Positions 15,520 to 29,528 of a DNA stretch of 64,000 nt are shown here, piece after piece. Numbering within the stretch: the stretch's first letter is position 1; each line of letters begins with the position of its first letter. Location of the stretch: assembly GCF_037042905.1 (NCBI RefSeq), contig NC_087251.1:7192001-7256000 (forward strand), given 5' to 3'. The stretch is from Lytechinus pictus (taxonomy: Eukaryota). The position numbers and the translations under genes are program-made. The notes under the pieces are model-generated. The model was not told the origin of the DNA, did no database searches, and saw only the letters and a list, made by a program, of their open reading frames with translations.

Positions 15520-18500
15520 AGATATGCTTATTTCTGACAATAATGTTAGAATGTATGCCATTTTTATATAAAGTAATATCCTTCACACTTCAAGTGGAAC
15601 TAGTATAGTAATACATTTACAAATGGTGTTTTATTATGAATATGAACAGAGCTAACATGATGTTGAATGCATTTTAATTGAATACGCAATCCCGTTACTC
15701 TAGCTTTTATGGCAAAGAAACTGAACTTTAACACTATCATGGAATTATTATGAGAGTGTTACTGGGGTTTCAGTGTGAACAGAACCGATATGATAAAGAT
15801 TGACTTTATAAGAAGCAAGCAGAGTGGAACTATTCTTTGGTTCATTAACCAGATGATGAGTTGGATGGAGACTTTGCTCATAGAGTCATGGTTCTCACTC
15901 AGTCATATCACCATGCTTCGTATACTATCATTAACCTATTACTCCACACATTCAATTATCATTTATATGAATCAAAATTACTTTAAAAGACCATTCAATC
16001 AAATTCTTTGGTTGTTTGTCACTTTCTCTTGCTGTAAATGATGTTCTACAGCCTTCCATTGCCTTGGTTGTTTTCCAACCTTTTATGAAAAATACATTCC
16101 AGAACAAAATAGTCTGGGCATCTGATTTGGTGATTACTTTCTTGCATTCAGTTCCAGACAACACATTTTACCTTCAATTGTTATTTCTTTCCGCCATTGC
16201 TCTTTGTAGATCTGACTATATTGATTCAAAGGCTATACTCCTTTTCGTATTCAGGTTTCTAAAGCTTTCTCCCTGCCCTTGAAGTAATTTGATATTTTCA
16301 ATTGAGAGGGAATTTGAAGGGTGAATTTGGTGATTGCATATCTAATTCAATTGAAATGACATCTCTCAGCAAGGGACTATAGGCCTATGGTAGTCTGCTG
16401 CTATTTTGAACACTTATTGCTCAGTTGCATATATCCTTCAATACTGTATAGGCTATTTGTCACATTCATGTTGGCTTCACTCTCTCACATTTGCAGAGCT
16501 GTATTAACTTGAGCTTTTCATAAAATTGGCTTGGAAATTGACTTGGAAATTGACTTGATATTGACACCGTCTGTGGCATCGCAATGAAGAAATTATATCC
16601 AAGATAAAATAACTAAATGTATTAATTTTCTTTTTATGTCAAACACTAAGGACCTTATTTTGTTGAAGTATTTTTTTTTGCTGATAGTTCATTCTGAAGA
16701 GAGGACAGATTCTTTTTAAAAAGTACTCAATTTGAATAACTTTGAGATAGGTTGAGGTTAAACTTAAACCATGCGGTCATAGCATTACCATATAGCTGGT
16801 GGATATGTCATCTCTTTTATTTTATCCCTTAGAGAGGACTTTGCTCCTAATTTCAATCATGGTCAATTGTTTTTAAGTTGATCTTGATCAAAGAAAGAGT
16901 CATAAAACTCCTACTTGTCTGTCTGTAGGCCTAGTCATTCTTGTTCTATCCACTGTAATTCATCTGTGTGTGTGTTTGTATCCACATCCCCAACAAAATG
17001 AAAAAGAGGCCCCCTTTTGATTTTGGTTTCCATGAGGACAATGTTCCAACAGGAATGTTTTGCTTCTAATTTATCCCTAATATGGCAATGATAACTACTT
17101 AATGTCCACATGGGACATAATTGTAATCATACTGTCCTTCAGGTAATGTGGTGTGTTTCATAGCATTCCAGGGAATGTAGTAACATGTTTGATATTACGA
17201 TAGTACTATAGGTCCATGGTATTAGGAGATGGTATGATGGGTAGTTTTTATATATCTCCAGGATAGAGCTTGATAGATGTCATAGAGCTTACCAAAAGTA
17301 TATGATAAAGAGAGACCATCCCATTTGACATTTGACCTTATGTACAAAGGATTGTAAATCTGTAGGGTTTCATGGAATGTAATTTGAAATATATTAAAAC
17401 TTGTCAATCTAGATTCTTAGAAATAGGCAAGGACATTAAGAATATAGACGGCTTTGCATTTGATACTTTATATGATAGTTTATATGTAAACATCTATATT
17501 GAGATTGAAATGAAAACATGTCATTTAATTTTTGTCAGTAAAGCAGAGATATCCCTAGTTGGTTGAAAATTTAAACTCGGCCTTGGATACCCGTTTAGGT
17601 GGAATAAAGTAAAAGTAGTCTTACAGACTACATAACAGTTCAGACTTGTGATACCGGCCTGTAGTTGTGAGGACTGAATAGCAAGGCTGTGCTTAGCAAG
17701 AAATGAATATAATAGTTTCACATACCAAGTTTAATCCAAAGCGGCTTACTCAAGTCTCAAGTTCTATCCAGGTCAGGATTTAAATTCTTCATCTGGTAGC
17801 TTTTAAGTTTACACAGGTAGAACCTTTGTTTATCTCTTAACATACACCCCCACTCTCTGGTTATATTTTACTTTTATTCTTTGATACAAATGTTAGCTTC
17901 AAATAACAATCCCTATCCCAGTCTTGGATCCTAAAAATTCCACCTTATCTTTACTTCTGAATTTACCAATGTTATAACCATCCCATTCCCTTCCTATTTT
18001 GGTCCGTGTATGATCTTTAAATTTTGAAGCTCTTATTACTCAGGTGAGTAAGAATATTAGCTATTTTCTTGTACTATTTGAAGCTGTGCATAGGCGTTTC
18101 AGAATACAGATTTAATTCAATGAATCCCATTTGTATGTTATTAACAATCTTTTGGTTGGACTCAGTCTTTTCTTTGCTAACACCATAAAATTATTGATTG
18201 AATTACACCTAAGATGTGGCAGTTTCATCTTGTCTTATTTCATGTTGTAGGTATGAAATCATTCTCTCTGTATGAAAGCCCAAATGTTAACTTTTTATTT
18301 GATTGTGAGTGGAAGGTGCTGTCATGATCCATTACAAACAATCATAATCTTGATATAGGCAATGAGTTTGTAACATTTTGAAATTGGTAAATGAAGTGAA
18401 AGTGACGCAAGCAGCATGATACCGTGACTCACTTACACAGAAACACAACCTCCAAATTATCCCCTCTATGCTGTCGGCTTGTTTGACACTTGAGGGGCAG

Positions 18501-18650
18501 GTTACCCTGCGTCCAAATCACAATTGGTATCCAGTGAAACTCGTCTTTCAAATAAGATTAATTTCATCATAAGATTCCCCTGTAATTCTCATTGACAGCT
18601 CTAGTCTCTGTCACCCAACTCCATATTGCCATCCTTGGAAGCACTCTTTA

Positions 18651-19553
18651 GGGCCGTCTGCACCATCCCGAGTTTTCAAATTAGCGCGCTATTTCTGATC
18701 CGGCAAATTATCCCGATCTAAAAAATCTCGAGATAGTTTGCGGTGGAGACGCAATTATCGCGCTAGTTCGTAGGATTAATCTCGAGATTGCAATCCCAAG
18801 TCAACTCGGGTTTATTTGCAAAATAGCGCGCTATTTTACGAATTATCCCGCTAATTCGTCGGTGCAGACGCACTCGAGATTGGACTCGGGGTAATTTATT
18901 CATGACGTCAGTCCATAATGCAATTCGCGTTCCACTTCCGCCTTGGTCAAAACATAAACACGTGCGAAAGTCAACTTTATACATGCGAATAGATATTATC
19001 GCGAATAGCGTTCATCAATTGCCTAATCAGCAACGATGGTGTCCCACCAGTGAATGGATTTTGGGAGAGACCAGACCGAAGGGGGAGGCGCTCATCGATG
19101 ATGGTCATATTCAATAACAACACTGACAGCAGTGTTGTCTTATTCCTTCGCAAAATGTGAGCAAATAGCATTTCTTTCCTCCTTCTCTCCCTCTCTCTCT
19201 CTCTGTCGTTGCCTCCTACTCCGCCATCATATTTAACGAAGAATACATCACTTCTTCACTCGCTGAGCTGAGAGGATTGTTGCATAACACCGGTCGAATT
19301 CGGCGAAAGTGCTAGTGAAAGGAGTACATTGCTTGCATATCGCGGGAAGTTATTCAAAAGCGCGGGCCGTTGAAACTCCAAGATCCGAAAGTGTGCATGC
19401 TCGTAATATCGGTCTTGTTGCCTCGCTCGAGCAGGAATCGCTCTTCTTGCGATGGTGGAGACGGGGTTTCTTGAATCTCGAGATTAATCGCGAAGTGGGC
19501 CGATCGGGCTAAAATCTCGAGATTGAGCAAACTCGGGATGGTGCAGCACCGCC
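18651..19553. mobile_element. GC-rich non-autonomous element, PIF/Harbinger-like
   Basis: TIR GG(G)CCGTCTGCACCATCCCGAGTTT / AAACTCGGGATGGTGCAGCACCGCC; TTA at left flank; internal aatctcgagatt palindromes. Confidence 0.75.
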
Positions 19554-19920
19554 TTTTGGGTCATTGTGCTTCTAACATGAAACATCTGAGACTTTTTAAT
19601 AAAAAATAAAGTTCTTAGTTAAATTTTGGTATAGTCAAACAGTTTTCTGTTATTTCAGTTGATACCTGTTACCTGTAGACTCTATGTACATTTTTTTGAG
19701 TGGTATCTTGCTCTTCACTATAGAAAATCATAATCATATGGAATGCCAACACTGTATGTTGTGATTGTTGACTATTACTAACCTGAACATGACTTGTTCA
19801 CTCCTGCATTTGAGACAATGGTCATTACTCAATGCATGAAATTGTACTTTCATAACTGTACTTATTAATGGAAGCATGAAAATAAAGATAATAGCATGCT
19901 TGCCTATGTTACTATTGCAG

Positions 19921-20208
19921 GGATCATTGAAGAGGTACGGGTACAGCTGAAATCACCCAGTCTTCCAGAGGAGGTAGAAGAAGGGGTACGGGTTACCCTC
20001 ATCTGCAAGGCTAGTGGTAACCCTGAACCGGAAGTCACCTGGTACCATGACCAAACACTGGTTACTGCTGGTTCCAACATTGATTTCATTGGTAATAAGA
20101 TGAAGATCAAGAGCGCCACCGCCCTCGATAGTGGTACTTATTCCTGCCAGGCATCCAATGTAGCCGGTACCACACCCAGCACAGATAATATCCAGTTTAA
20201 TATTGTGG
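19921..20208 (+). CDS. PTK7: PTK7 coding exon (Ig domain 2), phase 1-1, first PTK7 exon found in window
   Basis: ttgcag|GG...GTG G|gtaagt; (W)IIEEVRVQLKSPS...VTLICKASGNPEPEVTWY...DSGTYSCQASNVAG is an I-set Ig domain aligning with vertebrate PTK7 Ig2 (WIEAGPVVLKHP...); 288 nt. Confidence 0.93.
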
Positions 20209-20941
20209 GTAAGTTCAGTGAAAAAAAATTCTTGTTGAACTGATATCATTTTAAAAAAGCAGAAATAGGATTGCTACTGTAGCAATAATGAATTTATTTA
20301 TAGGAATAAGAAATGAAAATTTAAATTTCAATAGCTTAAATTGCTGCAAATTGCATATTTATGGGCATGTATGAAGGAAGCCCTTTGAGATGAATTATTC
20401 ATCCATTCTTTCGTGTAAAATCATCATCATTTTTTTCCTGTTTTCGTTTTTACTTTTTGTTGAAAGGTTTCTATATTAGTCATCATTAAAATAGAAGATT
20501 GAGAAGCAAAAAAAAAAAGTGTTATAATTTATCTTTGCTCATCCGCTCTCACCAGTTTTACATCAATACGTATGAATTATCAAGTAGCATGGCTTATTTA
20601 TCATCATTCATATCGTGAATGGTCGTTTTGTGATCAATGTATGAATCATCTTTCCATTGCCTGTGGTGTACAGTCTGTGATACAGCCTTTAGCTAGCTAG
20701 CTAACCTGATTAGAACAAGAATGAAATGTTTCTGAGAATGTTGGAAGGTCATAAGCAGATATTATGATCAGATATGACTGTCTGACTGTGGTGCGGCTCG
20801 GTGCTTTGAAGTCTCTTTATTTGTTGTCTTACTTTTAGCAAGAATCACGATGTGATTTAGCTTGGCACTTTGAAGTATTGGAATGTGTTTTTACACAAGT
20901 TAGTAAGATCATGGAGCTGTACATGCAGGCATTTTTGTGAT

Positions 20942-21349
20942 TTAAAGATAAATTCCAGTTGTGGGAACGATCTCAAAATGACTTTTTACAGAATTTAATA
21001 TAATGATCACCAAAGTTTCTGTTTGTATGAATAAAAAATATGTGCCAAAGGATTCTGGAAGAAATTGTGTAATTGCTGAGAAATAAGCAAAATAAGCGCG
21101 GATTCGGTCACTTCCGTCGGGTCTTTATTCCAGCAATAATAATACACTGTCCCACGTGTGCCTATCTGTGTTGGCGATCTTCAGTGTGATCGTTTTTTAG
21201 CTAGATATTATGATTTCACAAAGTTCAGTTTATGTACATGTAACTGTACCAGATCTAGATCCACGATGATATATCAATACTTTACCTTGGTTTTACAGAC
21301 TTTCTCACGAAATCAGTGTTTTACTGCAACTACGTTCATTTAGCTTTAA
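20942..21349 (-). mobile_element. TTAA-flanked ~400-bp MITE, copy 2 (inverted relative to copy 1)
   Basis: Reverse complement of 12366-12767 with few differences; TTAA at both ends. Confidence 0.85.
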
Positions 21350-21995
21350 CTCATTTTGAATAAAAGAGAATGAAAAAAAAACAGAAAGCATTTTTTTGTA
21401 GTCAGTGAAAGCCAGGATGAATTTAAATACAATGTGTATTTTAGACGTTTGGTTTTCACTAAAAAAGCTAAAATTAAGTCACGTCACATTAGACAAATCA
21501 AATACATTGCAGTTGCCATACTTGGCTCATGATTAGTACTCCCATGGTTACTATCCCATGCAAGGAAGAATCCTTAACTACACTGGTCAAACCCTGGATG
21601 TACAATTAATATGATTAATGCTAAAGATGTATTTTTGAATTTATAATGAAATGAATTGAAGTCTTAAGATGTAGATCCAAATCCAGAGATTGACTGGTAA
21701 AAAGTCCAGATTTAGAAATATTTCTTTGAGATTTATTAAATCTAAAATTAAAAGCGTATACCGGCCAACTTAGACCTCCACAGTCACTTCGGGCCTATAT
21801 TTTGGTGGTAACTTAATAAACTTATCCATCTTTTTAGAGATTTTGATGGCTTATTTGTGAGAAGATTATACATCTTTTTTTCAAAGTGCAAAGAAATCAA
21901 TGGAGTTGCAGCTGTCATAACTGGTGTTACCAGCTAATTAGTTCACAACCGTTGTGGTAGTTTTAATATCTCATGAGTATTAGGATGGATACTAT

Positions 21996-22129
21996 CTGGG
22001 GCCCGTAACACAAAGCTTAGCAATGATTGTAGAACATTTTTCTACGATTGATTCCATTGACTACAATGTACAATCAATCGTGAAATCAAGCGTACGATCA
22101 ATCGCTAACCTTTGTGTTACGGGATCCTG
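21996..22129. mobile_element. ~135-bp hairpin MITE (GGGCCCGTAACACAAAG family)
   Basis: TIR GGGCCCGTAACACAAAG / CTTTGTGTTACGGGATCC; several copies in window. Confidence 0.8.
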
Positions 22130-24128
22130 GTGATGTAGTTGAGTGTTTTATTGATCAGTAATAACCAATCAATATAAAGCATTACTTCTGTTTCATATAG
22201 AGCTATTCGTAAGTTAACTCTCTGCATGACTGGTGACCTGTTCTCGTGTTAAATTAGATACTCCAAAAATTTTCCTGTTTTAATATGGTGGAAGTGAATT
22301 TCGTTTCAACCTGATAATTTTTGTAATCAAACTTGGTATTCAGATGCTTTTTAATATAAAAGAAATTAATCTGCAAATGTTGGATATAAACTTTATATAG
22401 CTGATGGGATTTAAAATGATTGAGAGTGTAAATTAGCATTTAACATTAAAAAACCCTTCCCAGTTGTGCATGAAATCTTGTGTAACTTCTGAACATGTAC
22501 ATGAAACATTGTCCTATCCAATATGTACCACCCACATGAAAACTCATTTGATTATTCCATGCTTGTTGCTATGGGTAGTGCAAATAACTACTGAAAAGAA
22601 GTGTCAAGTTAAATTGAATTAGATCCACTGAATTGATATGTTATGAATCATTCTTCTTTCTATCTTATCTTATCCAGCCGATATCTTTGTTTATACACTG
22701 GGGATGATATTTTCATTGACAGCTCTCAATATCGCAACTCACAATAATATTTGGTGATGGGTACTTTGAACGTGAATACGTGTATCTTTATTTTGTAGAA
22801 AAATGGAAGTATTCCAACACTAGAATAAGATTTCAATCCTCAGTCATTGATAAGGGATGATATTGTAATATAATTTTACAGTTAACCCAAAGTTGGTACA
22901 TGTACAGAATGTTTGAAATTATATGCTTAATATATATGTTATTAAAACCATTGATATTGGACTGGATTTTCCCTTCAAATACAGATTTTTTTAAAACGTA
23001 GTATGTAATACTAATGTACGATTGTAGTATTGTACATGTATCCATAGAGTGAGTGTAGTCGCTTTAAATGGATAAGAGCGTGAATATTATGGTGTGTGAT
23101 GATGTGAATGACCTGCTTCTACCTCCTGGCTATTCTTCAAGTTCTTTATCCTGCCTCCTCTATGAACCAACCAGCATCTCAGAGGCAGGTCCCTGGGTGA
23201 TAAAATGGCCATTAAAAGGGGCCAATTTGCATGGAAATGACCTGTATGCTTGGTATGTATTTTGGCATGGATATTGAGTGTCAGATATGAAACCCTTTGT
23301 GTATGAGATCTATGCAGCAGAGCTAATAACAAAGCAATACTTCATTTCCTTTTGGCATATATTGGACACTATGCATTTTTATGTTTCGTTTTTTCTCAGT
23401 CAATCATTCTTTGAATGTGTTTTAATTTCCAAGCTATACTTCTGTACAGTTTCCCTGCTCACATATATTTAAACGTTACTGAAACATAATGTTTTCCCAC
23501 CCTCCAAAACAAGTCTCCAATTATATCAAAGAGAGCAATGATCAAATTTCCATTTAAATCTTTAAGTTTATTTTGTTCACAAATACACTAACATATACCC
23601 TTTTTTAATATCAATTTACTTTATTTCAAGAAATAATTTTCATTTTTCTCTGTTATGCTGTTACATGTAATATTGTTGTATTTTTAAATATCAAAATGAT
23701 AAATATCATTTTAGCACTAGAATAAACTTTTCTATCAAAGCTGTTAAAAAGAATGCTATTACATCTAGTGCACAACTATAATCATCTAGCTAAATTATTA
23801 GAACAATCTGTTGATACTAGATGGGTTACACATGCCCACATGTGATAAGTCATGTTGGCAATTTTCAGCAAATGTATTACATGTAGGTTTCCCCAGTTTC
23901 AGCGAGTTTCATTATTTCATATTGGGCTCGACTATATATGGGCCTTTGTTAGTACAGTATGCTTTGATGGTAATAAAACAGTTCACTTTCATAAGAAAAT
24001 TTATCCCAAAATAATTGCTTACTGGGTATACTTGACTTCTGCTTTACCTAGACATCTGTCTCCCCTTTCAATCTATCTCATATAAGTTTACTCTAGTGGT
24101 TGTATCCAGTGTAAACCCTTGGAAAACT

Positions 24129-24294
24129 GCTGGATCGGGGGGGGGGGGGGCACAGCCGGCACGTGCCCCCCTTTTGAGAGGCACAATTAAAATTTGTAAT
24201 GTAAAAATGCTGTTAAAACAGAATTGTGCCCCCCTTTTGAAAGTTGTTTTTTCTTGTTGCCCCCTCCCCTTTGGAAAATCCTGGATCCGCCCCT
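24129..24294. repeat. Short interspersed CAGGGGCGGATCCAG/polyG-type repeat
   Basis: Ends ctggatccgcccctg with a G-tract; terminus related to the 3410 element. Confidence 0.6.
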
Positions 24295-27200
24295 GCCTTG
24301 GATTATGCCTTTGCATAATCCACTTCATATACAGAAATGCTGAGACGATTGTTGAACATATTTCTAGTGTTGGGTTATATGTTACTTGAGACAAGCAGGA
24401 GTCTTTGTGTGTGTAGACACGAATATTAGGCTTATGTCTCGATTGGTGATACAGTATCCATAATTAAATGCGTGGCTCTGCATGATAAAATAAATGGATT
24501 CTATCTTTACAGAAAAAGGGATAATGGGATTGCATTCAGAATACAAATTTGGAACCCATGCAAGAACACAAATTAGAGTCATGGTACAAAATGTAAAGCT
24601 TTGTAATAAACTATTTGTTTTGTTAACTTGGATTCCTGCCTGATTCTTACTTTGGTTTTGATGCAGTTTGACTGCTTGAACTTTGACTGTTTTTGATAAT
24701 GCATTGGTTTGAAATGGATGATTTGCTTATAATTCATTGCAGGGCAGTCATCATTTAAGTTGAGATCTTCTCTTTGTTAAATAAAGACTTAAATAGTAAT
24801 GTTGATTCTGCAAGAATTTGGATCTTTGAATTTTTGTTTTGTTCTCTGTCATGATTGAATAAATAATTACATGAATGCAATTTTTGTGTTTTAAAATAAG
24901 AGTTAAATTTTATGCGGAGTTGTTTAATTCCTGATTGTAAGCTGAGAAAGAAATATTGACTTTATTCTTTAATTTGAAATTCTCTGTAGTTCTCTGTTGA
25001 ACTTGGAAACAAATTGTATTACTTGAAAGGTTTGATGGGGCAGGGACACCACCTTTTTTGTTGATGTTGAGGTCCTACCTCTAGATAGATCTAGATATTT
25101 TTTTTCTGATTTTTTTCACAAACAGTGACTTCTAAAAACCATAAAAAAAGAATCCTTTTACTTGTTTTTATGGTCATGTGCTTGATGGAACATTATAGTT
25201 AAACCCTTGCCTTATCGATTGATTGATTTTAGCAAAACATTGCTGAGGAAGAAGTATTGCAGACAAGTTTTAATGGTAACAATGAATGTGAAATAGTGAG
25301 GTTGGAAATATTGACTGCTCATGTATATGCATGCATGGAGCAGCTGAGAAGTAAAGAGCTCACTAGTATGAGTCAGACATCTCTCCTCAATAGATGTGTT
25401 TGTGGTGTAAGAGCAGCCATATAAGGAACCCATACTCAGGTCTTTAATCTACCTTGGCTCAAAAGAAACCTGAGTCTCTCACCCATCAATCCAAATTTAA
25501 AGCTTATTACACTTTCCACCATGTTCTACACTTCAGTCTCAGTCTCTGAGAATGTTGAACAGCCATGTTTAATCCAATTCCTCATCAATTTGCATTTGCC
25601 TAGGGAATAGAAATGGGAGTGTTTAGGATTTAGAACTTGTTAGGTTCTCATGCTAGTTGTCTAGATCGGAAGGGCAGCGGGGCGGCAATGGTGGGGATGT
25701 TTTTCGCTGCAGCACGCCTTCATTGATAGGAGAAAGATGCCCTGAGGGAAGGCTCACTCATGCTTGGAGTAAGATGCGTTTAGAGTCCAGGTTACCCAAC
25801 CGGCAGCAAACATTTAATGTATGCCTTGGTTGATAAGTCATGCTCAACCAAGTATGTGCATCTATGTATGCCATGTCATATTTTGTACGGCAATCGTAAC
25901 GATAATGGGCGGAAGTTCGCTCCGTACCACACTGAATCTCCTGCGTTCTTTGCTGAGTGCTTGTTAAGTAAGTCTATCCATTTCGCATGATTAAGCCAGA
26001 CAAATATTATCCCCCTATTCAAAATGACAGACTGTACCAGGCTATGAACATATTTACAGAAGTGAATTGTTTTCAATCAGTGTGTATGTGTAAAAAACAA
26101 ATACAAAATCAATTTTTTTTCTTCTTACAATTTTTGAAAACCAATTTTTGTTCTAAATTTAATGTTGATTGCTCCAGACAAGCTAGTCTAAGTTCAAAAC
26201 TCTTGTGAAATTGTATTTAGTATAATCAAATAAATTGCTTGATCTCAAATGTGTGTGAAAAAAAATATATTGCTCAGTTGTGAATTTTGTGCTTTAGATG
26301 ATGTGCTTCTCTACTAATAAAGCGCCTCTTCATTTCTTTAACTTTTATTATCGCCATTCTCATAATTTCAGTTGACTTGCACAAAAATCGAACTGCTTCA
26401 AAATATATGCTTGTATGATACATTAATGAATATTTTGGGAACCTGTACAGATTATTTAATTATTCATGCTTACCCGTATTATAGCTTCCTAAGTATAAAG
26501 TAATGGGTAGCGAATGTTTTTTTCATGGGTCACAAAATAATGATATATTATTGGCAATATGCTTGGCAAGATACATCAGTAGAAGTATGCTCATCTTTTT
26601 ATGTTATTCCAACATCATTTCACACAAGTTAGCTTCCTGGTTTGGCATTTAAAAATGTTGAATATTTTTTATGACTCAGTCTTGTGGTTCCCCTTCCCCT
26701 CCTCCCTCTTTGATTTTTGATGAACTTTACCGAGATTTGTGTGGAATAGTGCATACTTGTGTCACTTCACATGACACTTCCATGAATCTTTCATCATGTC
26801 ATGTACTCCCTATCACTCGTTTCTCTTTCCAATATGCCTTTTAGTAGTCACTTCATAGAATAAGATGAACCCACCATATATGAGTCATGGGGCTGTAGGC
26901 CTACTTCATACTCTCAACGGCCACAGCTTCTAGCTAGGTGTCCATAGGAAAACTAAACATGCAATTAATCCTCAACGTAACTTAAACCATCCATGTCTTT
27001 GGCTCCTTTTCCCAATTTCGATTTATTTCATCAATTGAGTAGGGGTTTTTATTCTATTGAATTAGTTTGAATGAGCGTGATAACCTTGAACTGTGAATGA
27101 TTCCACACAGAGTTCATGCACCATTCAATCTTTAATTTCATTTTGTCCTCTCTCATAATAAAATGTATGTTTCCAAATTTGTCATTATGAAATACAAGTA

Positions 27201-27933
27201 ACAGATAATTACCCACTCTGTCTGTGGTTGATTGCATTATCCTTCCATATTGAAATATCTAAGAATGATGGTTGAATAAACCTCTATTATTTGTACTTGT
27301 TTTGGAGGGTGTATAGATTCAAATACAGGTTCATCCTGCTTCTTTTATACATGTAGTTACTCCATGTTTTTTCCAACCATTGACATAATATTTATCAAAA
27401 AAATAGATTCAATTGAAAAGCACATCTTGTTTGTACAGTATTTTAATGATTAAATGGGCCAATCTTATATTTTAAAAATGCCGTAAACAGATAAACGTAT
27501 TTAGTGAATTGAAAAAAAACATTATTTCATCCTTTTTGGTGTTGAGGAGGATATGCAAACCAGAATTCAAATCATTCTTTAATTTACCGGTAGTCAAAAC
27601 TTGATTTTGAAAAAACAATATAAATGAAACCTAAAAAAAGAAACACACTTGAATGCAAGTTCCATTCATATTTCTCCTATCATTTTTTACTGACTCTCAA
27701 ATGTTTAAGACCTTCAAATTATTCATTCATTCTCATACTAAGTATTTGTTATACATCCTTGGTTGTATGTACAGAGATGAGATATACTCTGGTTCAACTT
27801 CATCCTTTAACTGAATATATTGACTTTATCAAGATGGTACGTAGATTAAGAAGATTCCCTATTTTGTTCCTTTCATAATGTATCCCATTTGGTTGTACTC
27901 CTCATTTGACATGTTAATTTCTGTTTTCTACAG

Positions 27934-28102
27934 ATTCCAATTTGCCAGTTGTTGAGGTGGCACCCGCTGATGCTTTGCGTGTTCTAGGAGACTCTATCGT
28001 GTTCCATTGTCAGTTTAGTGGAGATCCAACGCCACCGGTAGAATGGTATTTTATCAAAGATGGAGAGACTCCATTAGCCCTTATGAATGACACAGAAACT
28101 GG
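27934..28102 (+). CDS. PTK7: PTK7 coding exon (Ig3 N-half); not in ORF track
   Basis: ctacag|AT TCC AAT...ACT GG|gtgagt; DSNLPVVEVAPADALRVLGDSIVFHCQFSGDPTPPVEWYF, compare human VVLAPQD...FHCQFSAQPPP. Confidence 0.93.
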
Positions 28103-28483
28103 GTGAGTAACTTCTACTCATCAAATATTACTATGTTGTAAAATAAGTATCAAATCAATATTGACCAAGGAATATTTAGATATTTATTTCCATAAATAAA
28201 CACGTTGTGTAAAGATTGTACCAGTATTCAACCTAGTCATATACTAAGTAATCAGACGCTTGGAAAAAAAACCCCTGTAAGATCATAAGTCGCAGGGCCA
28301 TGGAAATGCTAAAAATTAAAGTAATATTGGTCAGAAAGAATTGAAAAGCAAAAAAAAAAAGCAAAAAAAAAAAAGGTTCTCATCCCAAAATGAAGGTGAT
28401 TTGGATAAACTTTTTACTGTTAAGCATACCATTGGGGTGCTGGCTATGATGTTTAACATTTGCAGCACCCCTAAAGCACCCCC

Positions 28484-29273
28484 AATTCTCGCTACCCCAA
28501 ATAGGAACAAAAATCTCATAATGCGCGAGACGAGATAATTTTCACTCCGTCGGGTCGTCATCACCACTTCCGGTTCAGAGTCATGCTCGCGCGAGGTTCG
28601 CGATACTGAGTTTTCCACATAGAGATGTATACTAATTACACATATCTCTATGGTTTTCCACCACGCTGAAATCGATGCCAACAGCGCAACATTACATGTA
28701 CAAATTATAATACTTTTTATTTAATTTGGTCAGTTTTGATTCCATTTGAATTATAATTAAAAAAAATATATATATTTTACGTGAAAATAATTTTTATTAA
28801 TGTTTTTATTTGGTTATAAAAAAAGTAAACAAAAAATGAATATCTTAAAATTTTGCATTTAGCGACCGGCCTGACATCACAATCGTATTCGACTAGACGC
28901 TAAATATATTCAGCATTCATTCCGTTCAATTTTTCGTCGACCACAAAATGGAAAAAAAATCAGTTTCGGAACTAAAAAAATCTTAACTGACAGAGGAATA
29001 CCGTGCAATAGAAAGCGTCGGGCAGAATCAATGACTTTAGCAGAAAAGGCCGTTAAACTGTATCGTGAAAGAGAGGGTTATGATCACAAACTTTCCGAGC
29101 GAAAGCGACGTTGTGTTGTTGTGCGTGACGGAACTGTTGATCTGAATGGCAAAACATTGCATTGGACTTCCGAACAGGAAGTTGTAATACCGAAAAGCTA
29201 TCCCATAATGCAATGCGCGTTACAGGGATTTTCCCGGATCTCGGCGAAATCGCTATTTGGGGTAGCGAGAATT
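28484..29273. mobile_element. Internally deleted DNA transposon with ORF remnant
   Basis: Perfect TIR CTCGCTACCCCAAATAG / CTATTTGGGGTAGCGAG flanked by AATT on both sides; contains a frameshifted ORF start at 28948. Confidence 0.8.
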
Positions 29274-29528
29274 CCCAGGACCATGCAGGGTCATTCTTTA
29301 ACTTGCCTTGTTCAATATTAGGAGCATTCATTACCTATATAAAACAGTCATATGTAAGATAATCATACCATTAACCTAAAAGTTATTTGAAGTTTCTTTC
29401 TAGAGTGCTCAAGCCATTTGCCTGTTTGACCCAAATATTCTACATTATAATGCAGTTCAAAGTGTTTAATGAAGACCAAAGGACAATAGATCAAAATCAT
29501 ATTATTATTGCATGACATTTTACCAAAT

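Noticed and set aside
18763-19512. Cluster of overlapping ORFs in a GC-rich island
   Set aside because: They lie inside a non-autonomous TIR element and show no transposase motifs
1-19920. Short ORFs as a PTK7 Ig1 or signal-peptide exon, or as a nested gene
   Set aside because: None shows Ig cysteine/tryptophan motifs or a plausible coding composition; treated as intron, although a very small exon could have been missed
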